The notes: generated by a model from the sequence alone, not told the origin. 63,967 nucleotides of DNA, filler included, from Intoshia linei (GCA_001642005.1; 8 parts of 8 records of this genome joined end to end with filler, not necessarily neighbours in it), one strand, 5' to 3'. Numbered from the whole stretch's first letter, positions 1-15,300 are shown. Numbers and translations: made by a program.

Positions 1-607
1 TTTATATTTATTCAGTTTTCTCATTGGAATCTGTTTTTTTATCAATTCGGCGTTCATGATTCGCCCGACGATAATTTTGCGCCTCTTTATAGCTATTTGT
101 ATAAAAAATTTTTTATTTAAAATAATATTTCTAAAAAAATTGTCATATATTAGTTACTGTGAGCGATATATTGTTCAAAGCTTTAGAGGTGATGCCCCAG
201 GGTTTTTTAACAGTTGAGAGGTAAGATGGGGTGCAAATTGAATATTTTCAAAATTTTCATATGGTGGAAGGGTGCAATTTTGATATATAAATTCGTTCAC
301 ACCCCTAGTATACACGTGAAGGAGCCGTTTGAGTAGTAAATAAAAACCTAAATTTTACAGATATCTTTTATACACACATTTACATGTATATTCATGTTTA
401 AAATTTGATTTTAATTAGATTTAAACTAAAATAAATCAAAACTGGTTACATTGATTGATTACATTAACATTATGGAAACTCCATTTATATGAGTACAGTC
501 TAAAGTTTACACTGTTAACTTGTTTAACTGTTTAACTATTATCTTGAAGGTGGAATTTAGTCATATATCGCAGCCATATTGAACTCATAATTGTTTAAAT
601 TATACAA

Positions 608-1064
608 TCCTTACTTATATAATATGCTTTGTCTGTGTGTGTTATCGTTTATTTCAATAACTACCAGTTTTAGAATTTTATAAAGTCCACATTTATATTA
701 CAGTTTTTTCTGAGGCTGTTAGTAAGATACATTTAAACCTACAACTAACAAATAACAACTACCTACAGATAACAATTGATTTTAAAATTCTTTACGCAAA
801 TGTTAACAAAACAAAATTAAGATGGAATAATTCTCACTTTAAAATAAAAAAGTAAGGTGATATGACGGTTCCACCTGAAACAAGTTTGGGAACCATTTCT
901 TTAAAGGATTGATAATAGTGAATAGTATGATTTTTAAGTTAGATTTTCAACTTTAATTAGTTTTTTATTAGAATAAAAATGTACCCTCAGCAGAGCTAGC
1001 TGATATTTGTACGTAGTACATACTCAGTAATATATATAAATATATAAATACACAGTCAACCTAA
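608..1064 (+). mobile_element. Non-autonomous Helitron-like element (short copy)
   Basis: Begins A|TCCTTACTTATATAATATGC followed by a GT-rich tract. Ends with a TGTAC-gta-GTACA hairpin and ACAGTCAAC-CTAA|T (CTRR|T). No TSD. Internal sequence is shared with many copies in the window. Confidence 0.6.
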
Positions 1065-1516
1065 TAAATATATATAATTTTGTATTCATTCAATAACAAT
1101 CTGACTAATAGTGTATTAATTGGTTTAAACAGCGATTTCATGAGAAACTTTTAAATTTCAACTCAATGTATAAAAGAATTAAGTGTGTATATTCCACTTT
1201 AAATTTTAATTAATAGATATTATTTTGATAAATTACTGAACTTTACTATACTATATATTTAAAAATTACCTTGGTTTATACATCCAATATAGTGTAATAT
1301 GGCTTTGTCCAATGTAATACCCAGAAACAGGCCAATAAATGAATAATATAAAAAAGATTTTTTGAAAACGACGAGTTATAAACATTTCAAAGTAGCTAAT
1401 ACTTGAACACAAATATTTAAACATAATATTACATACAAACAAAAAAAATCAAATATTTATTTAGTATTTTAAAATTTTGTACATATCAATATTTAATTTT
1501 CTAAAAAATTTATATT

Positions 1517-4500
1517 TTAAAAGGGGTTACTTTGGGATTTTTTAGATACATGGAGAATGTATGAATTTTCGAGAACAATATTTTGAATATTTATAGTTTT
1601 TAGTACGTATATTTTTACCATTCCAAACGGAAATATTATAATCAAATTTAGTAAAATAACTTCAAATGTTATAACCATCGAATTTATGGTTGTATATGGA
1701 TAGTAGTATATAGTCAATACAGTGTAAATTGTTTCAAATAATGATGCCAATAATATTGCTCTGTAGATTAAATTACACTCATTCCAATTTACCGGAAATT
1801 TGCGAATTGGCGTTATGATAACAAGTAAAATTATTAGTATTGTTGGTAGCATCAATCTATTTACGTAAATTAGGATAGTATGTACTAACGTGGTTTTCAA
1901 TCTCGTACATGAATAATACAGACATTCAACTATATCATTAGTATATCTCTCTTTACGCAATTGTAGATCATTTCGTAGCATAAATATGCATAAACTAACA
2001 GCAATCTAAAATATATCTTTATGTACCTTATAGTATACAATGTATAATATAGTATACTAGGTTGACTGTTATGTACTACGTACAATCAGGACCTAGCTCT
2101 ACCGAGGGCACATTTTTGTTATACTTAAAAAATAAATTCACGTTGAAAATCTAATTTAAAAATCCTACTATTCACTATTATCAATCATTTAAAGGAGTGG
2201 TTCACAAATTTTTTTCAGGTGTTACTGTTTTTACTTTATTTTTAATATTATACACACATTCTGTCTAATAAATTAAAAAAATGGGATAACAATTGTTTTT
2301 AAAATTTTTTACGCAAACAAAAAATTAAGATGGAACAATTCACTATAAAGTAAAAAGTAATGTGAAATTCAAGTTTTTGAAACCAATCCTTTAAATGATT
2401 GATCAAAAATTTGACCCTGACCATAATAATATTGTATGTTGTTTATATACATTGTATGTAAAACATTTGTTAATTAATTGTATTAATACTAGACTTTTAA
2501 TTCCAATTTGCACTGCAAAATGGTATAATTTAATTATAATTAAAAAAAATATTGCCAACATTTGACTATTTGAAACAATTCCATATACATTTTATAGAAT
2601 AATTTGTATGTAATTGATGTATAACAGAGATAGAACCAGCAATACATGTTACCAACTGGTACGATTGCCAATATAAATATGAATATTATAATTATATCCA
2701 CTGTTTTTAGGGAAATGTCGACTTATATTTATATAGATTCTATATAAACAACGACATTCATGATAATTTAGCCATTACCAATTAACAAATATACGACTAA
2801 TGCGTTAATTAGCATGGTTACCAACAAAAACTGTTTTTGTAAACCTCAAAATCATCATAAGAAAATTTATAATATACTATGTCGTCATCACACTAAATTT
2901 CATATTTTCGCATACCACCTTGGTATTAATTAAAAAATTTTTCGAGGCAACGGGTTAATGTATATGTTATTGTCCGTTTAGAGTTTCATGACTCAATCAG
3001 TCATTTTGCCATTTCAGTCATTATGAATAATTTTCAATATTCATGATGCCAAAATCCACTTTTACCATCCCTTATGAGAAAAATTCACTTTCATGAACCA
3101 CTAAAAAAAATCCACATTAAATTAAAAAAAACTAAAATAGAAGCAGCTGGATTTTTCTGAATAAAAATTTTGATTAAACTATATAATCATCAAATATTAA
3201 GAAGATTAAAAAACGAGAAATAACAAAAGAAACTAGAAAATAAAGAGAGAATAAGACTAAACGACAAATAAAAATTTTTAAATTTAATTCTTGAAAATAA
3301 ATAGATAGACCTATTGTTTAATAATGGGTCACTGATAAATAAATTCAAATATTTGTCAAATCCAAATTTTTTAAGTTTGGGTGCAGTTGGATCATTGCTC
3401 AATAATATATCCTCAATAATATAATAATAATATTATATTTGTTTAAAATTAAGGTTTTACTGTTGTTAATTTTAACGTTACAATTAATAAAATGTTCCAT
3501 TTCAATAATTTGAAATAAATACAAAAAAGATAATTACAATAAATATTTCAAAATTTAAAAACAAACAATGTATTAATTTGTTTTAACGTCATAAAAAATT
3601 TTACAGATCTGATTTAATGGTAAAAATAATAGACTAATTTAGATAAATTGAAAATTTTACTAAGCTGCGTTAATAGGTATTTTCAAATTACAATCATAAA
3701 GAGTAATAAAAATGAACATGGAGTTAATAATAAAAAAATAAAAATGTGCAATAATTTACCAAATTAATTAATTATTTTGAGAAATAATAAAAATTTCAAA
3801 ATTTGTATAATTATACTATAATTGCCACTCCCCTGAAATTTGAATTATTTATTGCACAACACGTCATATCTTCAGTGCAGATTTTGCACTAAAATTATTT
3901 TTTTATAATAGCTATATACAATAGGGTGTCAATTATTTTGTGTTTTTTCTTAGGTGAGTAGTTTTAAATAGAACTAAAATCCTTTTTTTAAGCATAATGC
4001 AATAAAAAATTTTTTAACATAAAACCATGAATAAACATTATGTATCCATAATCTCCAGATATCCCGAAAAGTGAAAAAGTTATTTGACATTATATTTCAT
4101 TTTAATAAACATAAATACCCATGAGTAGGAATATATTCAGAAATTATTATTTCCCGTAAGGGTTGGTAAAGTGGATTTTTCCTTAAGGGTTGGTAAAAGT
4201 GAATTTTTTCCTTAAGGGTTGGTAAAGTGGATTTTTCCTTAAGGGTTGGTAAAGTGGATTTTTCCTTAAGGGTTGATAAAAGTGAATTTTTTCCTTAAGG
4301 GTTGGTAAAAGTGAATTTAAAAATAATGGATATTGAAAAAATGAACAAAAATTTTTCATAATGACTGAAACTCCAAACAGATGGTAAGTTACCATTGGTA
4401 ATATATATAATATGTAATATTTTATATATGATTTATAAATAATTACCAGAAATGGTACGGAAATTATACTAATATTGAAAACATTTTTGAGTAATCTAGT

Positions 4501-7500
4501 GTGGAGAATAATTTTATATCGATAATTGTATACTTTAACGGATAGTGCTACAATTAGAATAATGATACCATAATTATTAAAAAATGTAGCCATAATACAG
4601 GAATATTGCATACGTAAAGAGTATATTAATGTTGATATAATTCTTAATATACATCCAAAATTGATAAAAATATCAATTTCATAATGAGAACTTTTAATGT
4701 AGTGTTTATTTCGGTGTTTTAATAGAAAGTATATAGACATTATATGAAAAAATATCAATATAACAGAGTATGTTAAAAAGAGAACATTATATTCAACTGT
4801 TGAATTTTTACAATCTTGCAATAGTATACATGTACTTATATTTTTTGTATTTACAGATTTCACAGAGTAATATTCACCACATGAATAACATTTTTCATAT
4901 TGTGAACAATCTAAAATGTAATACAAGTTTTTATGTTTATTATAATAGTCATCATCTCCGTCTCAACTACATTAACATTATGGATGTAATTTTTAGTATT
5001 TATTTTTGAAATGTTTTGGTCCAAACACGGTTAAAGCCGTATGATGGTTTTATCAAAATAATGAAAAAAAAATATATTTTTTTGATCAATCAATGTTGAC
5101 GATTTAAATGTTAAAAACCCTATACAAAAATAATATATTAAAAATAAAATACAATCATTGCAATAAAGTATATTATATATCAGGGTTTCTCAAAGGAGGC
5201 GATTTAATTTTGAAAAAAAATTACATTTTTTTATTAACATCTTAATTTTCATTTATTTTATAGTTTTACGACTATTTTACGGGAATGTATGAAAATTATA
5301 ATTGTGCTACCATTTATATAATTTTGCATAAATTGAATCGAAAATATTACCCTGGCAAATGTGACAAACATTGTCAATATCCAACTTTCTTGTTCCATCA
5401 AAGCAGATAGGTTGACATAATTTCTGATATAAATTTGGAGTTAAGAACACGTCATCATAACCATTTCCATAAAAAATAAAATTTTTAATAGGTTTTGTAT
5501 TGTGATTGAAAAATATTTTATAAGATTGTCCAACAAATGTAGATTGTTTGTTTGTATATTTTTTAACATTTGATATAAAATTGCTATATAAATATTCATC
5601 AAATTTTATAGATTTTTTATAATTTTTTTCATCGTATTTTAAGTAAGTAATATTATATACTGCCAAGATTAATAGGTTGATATTATCCAAAACATGTATC
5701 CAATTGTCACTATTTTGTTGATGTGCATAAAATACACTACGACTATGAAAAATATTCCATTCCTGGGTAAATAGATCTGTAAAGATTAAAGTAACGTTGT
5801 CACTTGGGTCAATTAATTTTAATTTTTTTACAAAAGTTTTTATACAGACATCGGACAAAATTAGTAGTAAAAAATTTGCTGATGAAATTTCATAGTTTGA
5901 TAAATTTGATTCACTTTCTACTTGTACTGATCCTAATGCAATTGAGTAATCTAAAAACATGATGTATAAAGGCTTTAATTTATTTAAACTTTTTTGAACT
6001 TTTTAAATTTTAGTAGTATTAGGAAAGCTGTTGCAGAACTGAGCAAACTTGCTAATTTGACAATTAACTGTAAATCAAATGTTCGTGGAATAAAAAATTA
6101 TTTGGAAACTTTTGAATGTGTACTTATGACCGTTATTTTGCTTAAAATACAAAGACAAATTATGTTAATTTAATCTTAGAATGCACTGATTTAACATTAG
6201 ATGTTGAAAGGGATAACATCATTCAACTCAAGAAAAATATGTTGATATTAACTCTTTTACTGTCTGTGTATTCTGATATACACAGCATAATTTTGAAAAA
6301 CTTTATTCTTTTATTTTCACACATTTTCACATAGGTAATTTAAAAATAATACATGTTTGAATTAAAACATAAATTCCAGACGTGTGGTGGTGCATCATAA
6401 AATAGTATTACAGTGAAAGGGTTAAGAGATAAATGGGAGTTTATACTTGCAGAAGCACGTCTTATTGGAATTAGTGCAGATATTAAAATTATTTTTAAGA
6501 CTCAAAAAATGCGCAATCAAATTGAAAGTGATGTTTTTCTTATTATAATTGACTAGCTTGACTGTTTTTAAAACAAATTGAAAAAAATAAACTGTATAAC
6601 TAAACATGGAGAACAATATTATAAAGTTGTTACCACGTTTAAAAGCTCAAACGCCAATTTCCGTATAATATATATTACAATAAGTCTTATATAATCTGGA
6701 CATACTAGTTAATATTTATTTGTCTACCTCTCTGGAACTAAACCCCAGAAGTGACTAAAATTTAGACGATTAAACATAATTTTTCGCACATTTTAACTAT
6801 ATAGATTTTTTTAGTGTTGTACAGTGTTATTGAACAACAAATCAATGAGGTCAAATTTTAAAAGTATAAATGATATTGATTTGGTGGAAATTCGTTATAA
6901 TTATTTTTTTCAAAATTGTGTTAACTTTTAATATAAATAAATTACATTCAAAGCCTTATTGCCATAATGAAAAGGGATTAGTAGAAAGATTATACGTAAA
7001 ACACTCCGAATATTGCAATGATACACATGATAATTGGGATGATATAATAGATTATGTTTAAATAGGTACTATTTCATCAAAAAATGTATATAGTTCAGCC
7101 GAATTAACTATGGGTAATACATTGTTATTGTACTACTTTTGAATCACATTACGATTTGAATAATTTACACAATATTATTAAAATAAATAAAAACACCCAT
7201 CAATTGCGAATAAAGAAAAATTATGATAAAAGAATGCAATAAAATCTCAATCAAAACATTGGAATAAGTACACTGCAGTGTGCCCATTCCTTAATAAAAT
7301 AAAATGTATGTTACTCGAAAGAAGTTCATGCCAAGTCATTTCAAAGACTATGCTATAGATTAAACATGGAGGTGTAATAGCCTTGTTTATATTAAACTTA
7401 AAATAGTTAACAACTGTTCATTTCTACAATTACTTTCACTCTTAAAGTGTATTTTCATATTAAATTCTGATAAACCCTCTTTATATAATAATCAATATTA

Positions 7501-8884
7501 CACATTTTAATACTAATTTCTAAAATTGATTAATTTAGATTAGAGCAACCAAAAATTGATTAAATTTAGAGCAAGTTGATGACAAATTGCTTTAATATTC
7601 CAAGAAAGCAAGCTTTATATTTTATATAAAATTGTTAGGTTGGCAAGCAACTTTAGTTAATTACTAAAGAATTTAGATAGCAACTGGCAATTTCCTGGCT
7701 ATTTAAAATATTGATTCTTAATATTATTATTATTATTAATACAGTGAAAATTTTTTCATTTTTTTATGTCATGTAGAATGTACATTTGTATGATGCATAA
7801 TGCAAAAGCAATTAAATGTACAGCGTAGTTAAATTATTGTAAATATAGCTCACATTCCATTTTCTTCATACAAAAGAGAAAATTTTATTAAAAATGTCAT
7901 TTTTGTCGATAAACAGTTACTGTATTTAACGACAGATTGACAATGGTTGATCTAATTTGGATCCGATATTATTATATTTTTTTAATTTAATATTGATGTT
8001 TTTCCTGTATTTATGTTAAAAATACTTTTAAAAATTTTAATTGGTTAGAAATTGTAATGACTTCAAATTAATATGTAAATTTTTAATAAAAAAGAAATTA
8101 TAAATATCATGGGCACACAAATTTTGTAATAACATAAACAAACAAACATCATAGTTTAAACAGTTTTATAGTAAGTAGGTAGGAAAATTTCAGTATAAAA
8201 ATAATAAAATTTCATTTTTAATTATGTCTAATTAACTTAACAATTTCATATTAAATCAATAAATTATTAAAAATACATAAAATATACAGTATTAAGATAT
8301 TACTTGTTAGAGATTGCATATATGAATTAATTTCTGAAATTAAATCAATTTCATAAATCCCAGTAGTATAAATGACGGAAACATCGCTAGCCTTAGATTC
8401 AACGAGAAATTTACAAATAATTTCAGCCTGTTGTTTATTGGAAGCTGAAACACTAATAAAATTTAAATTATCAGCCATTTTTTCCAAGTGACTGAAAGAA
8501 ACTTCTGGTAAAATAACTGGATATTTCAAAAATTCCATAATTTTGATTAATTCTACAATATCATTAGTATAATTTGGTCCAACGATAATAACACATTTAT
8601 CTTTATATTTTTCATTATATTTTAAATTTATAATTCTGTTTAACTGATCACTAAGTTGATTTTCATGTGTGTGAGGATAATCAAAACAATAATTAAAATT
8701 TTCATTTTTAAAGCATCCCATTTCTATATCGTGACTAAAATTCAAATAATGATGTAATGAACTAATCTAAAAATTACCTTGGTTTGAATAACCAGTACAC
8801 AATTAAAGTACATTCTCCGAAATGACTTGCGCAAATTTTTAACAATAGTGATATAAATAATGCAGTAATTCTGCTTTCAACCAT
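1517..8884 (-). CDS. Class C (metabotropic glutamate receptor-like) GPCR, paralog 1, 5 exons, ~696 aa
   Basis: Model complement(1517..2005,4447..4910,5351..5950,8304..8734,8778..8884) = 2091 nt, in frame, all introns GT-AG. Signal peptide MVESRITALFISLLLKIC. VFT-like VIIVGPN..YPVILP. Cys-rich domain CQPICFDG..VCHICQDCSQYEKCYSC. Seven hydrophobic helices and the class C hallmark RKFPVNWNECNLI (cf. RxxPxNFNExKxI). Confidence 0.85.
2057..2403 (-). mobile_element. Helitron-like element 3' fragment (intron of GPCR paralog 1)
   Basis: Reverse strand reads ...GTACGTAGTACATAACAGTCAACCTAG|TA, the same hairpin and CTRR|T terminus as the other copies. Confidence 0.55.
2968..4387. mobile_element. Probable TIR/foldback non-autonomous element with subterminal tandem repeats
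   Basis: Left end TGTCCGTTTAGAGTTTCA...GTCATTATGAA is an imperfect inverted match to right end TTCATAATGACTGAAACTCCAAACAGA. Inverted degenerate copies of the 4155-4317 repeat unit occur at ~3050-3115. Confidence 0.4.
4155..4317 (+). repeat. Tandem minisatellite, ~6 x 26-28 bp (TAAGGGTTGGTAAA(A)GTGRATTTTT(T)CCT)
   Basis: Directly visible. It produces the spurious LYQPLRKNP repeats at the end of ORF 4183..4926. Confidence 0.9.
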
Positions 8885-9346
8885 TTGAATACTGATATTT
8901 ATTTATGCAGAAATAAATACATTTGCGTATAAATTATTTACTTTTAATGTAAATATACATATTAAAAAAGATGGAAAATGAAATGCGAACATGTCAATCT
9001 TACAATTTACTGTACAGTATTATTATTATTCATAGGAATGGAAATTTTATTATTTGCGAGTATACAAAGATCTTGCGTTTAAATCTGGTATAGTTTAAGT
9101 TTAGGTTTAAATATACGGTCAATAAGACTGTTACTGATTGTAAAATTGAATGTATAATATGGATTCAATTTTTTATGGATTACAATTAATAAATGAATTG
9201 TTAGTTCTATTTAAATTTTGTGAAATATTTATATTTGGATGTAACAATTGTTTACTTAATTTTAGCTAAAGTATAATTTATTATCAGATTTCACAGAAAA
9301 ATGTCAAAATTAATTATTTTTTTTTTTATTTAATTATTTATGACTA

Positions 9347-10137
9347 CAGTCAACCTTCTATAACGTGAACTGCTCCAATAATGAACAACTCCAAAAATTT
9401 GTTATAGTTTACTATGAAAAAAGTAAATTAACCGTGAACATTCTACTACGTGAACGATGAACATGATTTATCCAAATTAAGTGAAGTTCTTATTGTTATT
9501 CACAATTATGGTATACAAAACGTGCTTTTCGAAAAATTTTGATTTCTGCAACATGAATAAAGAAAATTTAAAAAAAAGAAAAAAAGATTTAGTTCTATCT
9601 ACAAAGAAAAAACTAATTCATTTGTTTGATGAAGACAAACGTAGTACACAACGTTTTCTTGCTTCAAAACACAATGTATACAATAACCATTATAAAAAAT
9701 AATACATATGAAGAAAATCAAATAATGTCTAAACTTGAAGACCCAGAAATCTTATTTTTTACCCATTATGAAGCTAATAATCATGCTAAAAAATTAGAAA
9801 CATTTTTTATGATTCATAACCAAGAAAAATTATCAAGTGTATGGACTTTAATGCAGGAAATAAAGTCTGAAAAATTGGCAAGATCATCAAAAATAACTGA
9901 TTACTTTGGTTCTACCAAAGAAAGAAAAAATAAATTAATATAATTATTATAATAATGTTTATTATTTATTTATCTTTGTAAAATTAATAAATAAGTTAAA
10001 TATTTTTTTCTGAATTGTTATAATATCAACTTTAATTTAACGGTTACTATGTCAATAAATTTTTTGTTCACCATTTCTACAATCATGAACATTCAAATAT
10101 TCGAGTCCCAAATGTTCACTTAGTAGAGAGTTGACTG
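9347..10137 (+). mobile_element. Internally deleted pogo/Tigger (Tc1-mariner superfamily) element
   Basis: TA|CAGTCAACCTTCTATAACGTGAAC ... GTTCACTTAGTAGAGAGTTGACTG|TA: imperfect ~24 bp TIRs with TA TSD. Retains an N-terminal psq/HTH-like KRKKDLVLSTKKKLI..STQRFLASKHNV and the C-terminal SKITDYF motif typical of pogo transposases. Confidence 0.8.
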
Positions 10138-10173
10138 TATATTATTTCTAAATTAGACAACATTTATATGCTA

Positions 10174-11820
10174 CTAGGTTGACTGTTATATACTACGTAC
10201 AAACAGAACCTAGCTCTGCCGAGGACACATTTTTATTATACCAAAAAAATAAATTCACGTTGAAAATCATTATTATTATTATTGTGAATATTAATATTAA
10301 CTATTATTAATCCTTTAAAGGAGTGTTTCCCAAATTTTTTTCAGGTGGAACCATCATATCACATTAATTTTTACTTTAAAGTGAATTATTCCATCTTAAT
10401 TTTTTGTTTGTTAACATTTGCGTAAAGAATTTTAAAAACAATTTTTATCCTTTAATTTATTAGACAGAATGTGTGTATAATATTAAAAATGAAGTAAAAG
10501 CAGTACAATCCTAAAAATTTCATCAATAGCATAAATTCCAGAAAAAATAAAATTGTAAAAACCTATTTTGTCATTTCAATCTGATAATATATATTCAGTA
10601 CCAATTTAATAAATACTTAAAAATGTTAATCATGCATCAATAATTAACTGAATATTCACTTTATAAACATTTCAGTCGAATTTTACCATTATTGCAAAGG
10701 ATTGTAATATAAAAATGATATTAATAAAGTTTTTATTAACAAAGGGTGCACTTTTGATATAAAAATTCGTTCACACCCCTAGTGTATGTAATTAATAGAT
10801 CCTACTTGATAATAACCTATACATGAAAATATCCGTATTTAACTCTAGTTTTATATGTATGTGATCATTAGAATAAGTAAGCTAAAAATTTAAGATTTGT
10901 CTCATAATTAAAAAAATAATTATTTAATTAATTAATTTTAAAATAAAATTTTTTCTTATTCACACTAATTACTCAAAGTTTAATAACATATAATTAATTT
11001 TTTCAGAAAAGACATAAATTGAAGCACAAAAATAGCCAAATTACATAATTGTGTTTAGTGTTTCTATAAATAATGAAAATGTTAATTGGTTAATTACTAC
11101 ACGTTAACAATCTATCCAAATATCGTGAATAATGTCTTTCTGCTCCAAAGAGGTCACACTTTCAACTGAAATGGTCAGACCCCCTAAGTAAACCAAAAAG
11201 TTCATTTTTGTTGTCTAGTGTAGTATATAAATTATTTTTCACCGGGAATACGCAGATTTCTGGGGTTGAAATTTTGTATTTATATTAACTAGAATAAGCT
11301 CTATCAGAAAAATCTTTTTTTTAATTTTCGTCGTTTTACATTTTTTGTTTTAATAAAATATTTCGGAAAAAAATATATGAGTACTAAAATGCTTTTTTGA
11401 CCGTGACGGTATCACTTATTCAGATGGAAATTTTTTTGTGTGTTGACAAAATACAACTGTAGCACCTGTAAATTTTTTTAAATTCTAGGGCTGTTTTCAT
11501 TACAAAAAAGGGTAATTTTGGGTTTTGGACCTGAAGATATATTTTTTTTAAATTTAAATTTATGATTTTAAAATTTGTATCAGAGTGTATATTTTTTTAA
11601 ATTCTCGAACTCATTTGATTTTCAAAAAAAAGAACAATTTGAAAAAAGGCTTTTTGACCCATAATATGTGAGTTTGGGAGGTTGAAATTTATTTTGCTAA
11701 CTTCCGAGAAAAAACTGTAATTGAAATGTGGACTTTATATAATTATAAGACTGCTAATTATTGAAATAAACGATAACATACACACATACACAGAAAAATA
11801 AAGCATATTATATAAATAAA
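10174..11820 (-). mobile_element. Helitron-like element, long or composite copy
   Basis: CTAG 3' terminus plus hairpin at 10174. Conserved family core at 11230-11820 ending in GCATATTATATAA. Confidence 0.55.
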
Positions 11821-12312
11821 TATTATAATAAATGCATCGGAGGTACTAATAAAATGAATCAAAATACAGTGTTGTGTACTGAAATACGAAATATTGTTAT
11901 ACTCAATGAACGCTATTGTGCAACTAGATACGGATAAGGGAGCATTCACATAGGGAAAATTATTTTAAATACATTTTTTGGATAACTTAATTTACAAAAT
12001 GTTGCTTAAATTTAATTGTTAATGACTTATTTTCAAAGTTTTTATTACATTGTGTATATTTTTAATATAATTTAAAATAAATTTCTTTCAACGCCGTTAA
12101 CACATAAACAAGACCAAAACGATGAAAAATATATAACAAATTAATTTTTTTAGATAGAAGATTGTTTTGCTTTGGCCTAGGGAATGTTTAATCCAGTGCA
12201 TCATGAACAATTTCAGATGAGACAATATGGCCATATTAAAAAAGTTTGAGAACTCCAGTATAGACCTTATATTACTGAAATATAAAACATCAATTTTAAT
12301 ATTCAAATACAA

Positions 12313-15300
12313 TCATTCAAATACTGTAGATCTTTTAATTTGTTTTCCCAAATTGAAAATAAAAGAGTTATCTAGTACAACATTTTGAATTCGAATGGTA
12401 TGGATAACATAAATTTTAATAATTCCAAATGGAAAAATCAAAATTATATTAACTACAACAATTTCAAGCGATATTACTAAAAAATGTACTTGTTCATAAG
12501 GTGAAAGATAGGATATCAAAATTGTGTACATTATTTCAAATAAAGTTGAAACGAGAAATGATCTATTCATCAACATTGTTTCATTCCAATTTGCAGGATA
12601 TGCACGTATAGGTATAACCAGCAATAACAATGTACCATGTATTAAGGGGATGCCAATTCGATATAAATATAATTTTAAGATTTCAATTGTAGTATCAGCC
12701 CTTCCATAACAAGATAAATATAAACAATGTGTATGTCTTTTGGTATATCGTACTTTTTTCAATTTTATTTCATCCAAAACCATATAAAGATATAAGCAAA
12801 TAAATATCTATATTAAAATTATAATTATATTTTATTGATAACTCATAGTACTTGTTATTCAATTATTACGTACATATTAGTACACACTGAGTCAAAATTT
12901 ATTGTCTATTTTTGAAAATATAAATTTAATCGGTCTTTAATTTTAATTTACTTTAATTTTTTTTACTTAAATTTGTATTATTTATGCTTATAATTATAAT
13001 TATATATTATAACCAAATTTAATTGTAAATTTCAAATTTTAGTTTTCAGATAACGTCAATAGCAAAATACCAAAATTAAAACTTTAAATTTTTTATAGTA
13101 AAAATAATTAAAGCAATTAATAAATATACATTATTTTATTATTATATCGCAAAGCTATTTCAGTAACATAAATTCATTTATAATTTAATTAGCTAAATGG
13201 TTAATGCTTCATTACATTTAGAAGATTTATTTTTTTCAATTATAAAAAATTAATTAACAATTCAAGATGAATAAAATTTTTTGAAAATAAGAATGAAAAA
13301 TTGGGTATCAATAAAAAAAATTGCGAAGGAATGAATTATATAGATTTTCACCCACATTTCTTTATTGAAAATGTGTAGACGTTCAATGCTTATTTTTTTT
13401 GAAATTGTAGGATCAATATTTACATTTTCCATTTTTATTTTAATCGAAATATTTGAAAAATATTGGTTGATAATATATTAAAATATATTTTTCACCCGGA
13501 ATGCGTAGATTTCTGGGGTTGAAATTTTGTATTTATATTAACTAGAATAAGCTCTATCAGAATAATCTTTTTTTTAATTTTCGTCGTTTTACATTTTTTG
13601 TTTTAATAAAATATTTCGAAAAAAAATATATGAATACTAAAATGCTTTTTTGACCGTGACGGCGTCACTTATTCGGATGGAAATTTTCTGTGTGTGTTAA
13701 CAGAATTCAACTGTACAACCTGTAAATTTTTTGAAATTTTAGGGCTGTTTTCATTAAAAAAAGAAGGGTTATTTGGGGTTTTGGCCCTGAAGATATAATT
13801 TTTTTAAATTTAAATTTATGATAATGTTTATGATTTTAAGATCCGTATCAGCGTATATATTTTTTTAAATTCTCCAACTTGTTTGATTTTCAAAAGAAGG
13901 ACAATTGAGGTTTTTGACCAATAAGATGTGAGTTTGGGACGTTGAAATTAAGTTTGCGAAGACCCCCGGAAAAACTGTAATTGAAATGTGGACTTTATAA
14001 AATTCTAAGACGGGTATTTATTTAAATAAAGATGAACACACACACTAACAAAAATCGCGTAGCATATTATATAAGTAATTATATCTGAATGCATTGAGTT
14101 ATAAGAACCAAGAACAGTTATAAAAATCTATTTGTAGATTAATAAACATTACCATACATATAACAGTAGCTATCAAAATTTTAACAACGTTTCCATAAGA
14201 TTTCGTGAATTGAATTGTGTTTCTTCGATAATTGTAGACTTTAATTATTAAAGAATTTAGGATAAGCAATAGTCCAAAGGAATTAAACAAAATGGATGCA
14301 ATGCAAGAAATACGGATTTGTGAAAATATTAAAAGGATTGAAAATGCTCTAAGCATGCATCCAATATTGATGCACACATCAATTTCGTAATGTGAACTTT
14401 GAAGATAGTTCTCTTTTCTCTTTAAAATCATAATAAAAATAGATAAAATTTGAAATATTAATAGCATTATTGTATATACTATTATAAGAACATCATATCC
14501 AATAACTTCATCGTTGCAAAATGTCAAATCTATACATCTGATAATATCTCTGTTGTTTGATAATTCTACATATCTATAATAATTGCATGGATAACAACGT
14601 TCATGAAATTTACAATCTATAATGAATTATATTAATAAAACATTTAGTAACTACAAATTTATATTATTATTACTTTATTTTATAAATATACTAAAGCACG
14701 GGTTCCCAAAGTAGGCGATATAGCCATAGAGGCGTAAATTCAGTTAGTTAATTTCATTGCTAGACAATTTTTCATTTAAAATCACTTTGTAGTACAAAGT
14801 TGGTACTATAATTACAACAACGAAGTACTAAAAAGTACAACTTTGTTATTATCATTTTTATATTTATTACAATGTTTGTAAAATTCACCCGAAATATGTT
14901 TTAAAGTGTTGATTTTATTAATTATTGATACAAAATATTTTTCACTCATCGAAAGCAGATATGTAATACGCATAATGTATATACCATCACATTCAAAAAG
15001 AAATTACCATTATTTACAATTTTTAGGATTTTAATTTAACTGTTTTTACTTTATTTTTAAGATTATACACTCATTCTCTCTAATAAATTAAAAAAATGGG
15101 ATCACAAAATTTTTTTTCAAATTCTTTACACAAATGTTATCAAAATAAAATTAAATGGAAATATTAAATTAAAAGATGTGAAATGACAGAAAGATAATTA
15201 AAGTATGTACTTTAGCACTTAGCTAGGACAAGTTAGTACAATTATTTATGTATATAAAATATTTTTGTAGGCATACCTTGGCATATCCAACAAACATTAT

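Noticed and set aside
2400-2720. Hydrophobic minus-strand frame that could be an extra GPCR exon
   Set aside because: Exons 4 and 5 already join in frame within TM4 in both paralogs, giving seven helices. Paralog 2 has no counterpart.
4155-4317. Repeat array resembling a CRISPR or telomeric (TTAGGG-like) repeat
   Set aside because: Head-to-tail units with no unique spacers, eukaryotic context and no cas genes. The unit is 26-28 bp, not a telomeric hexamer.
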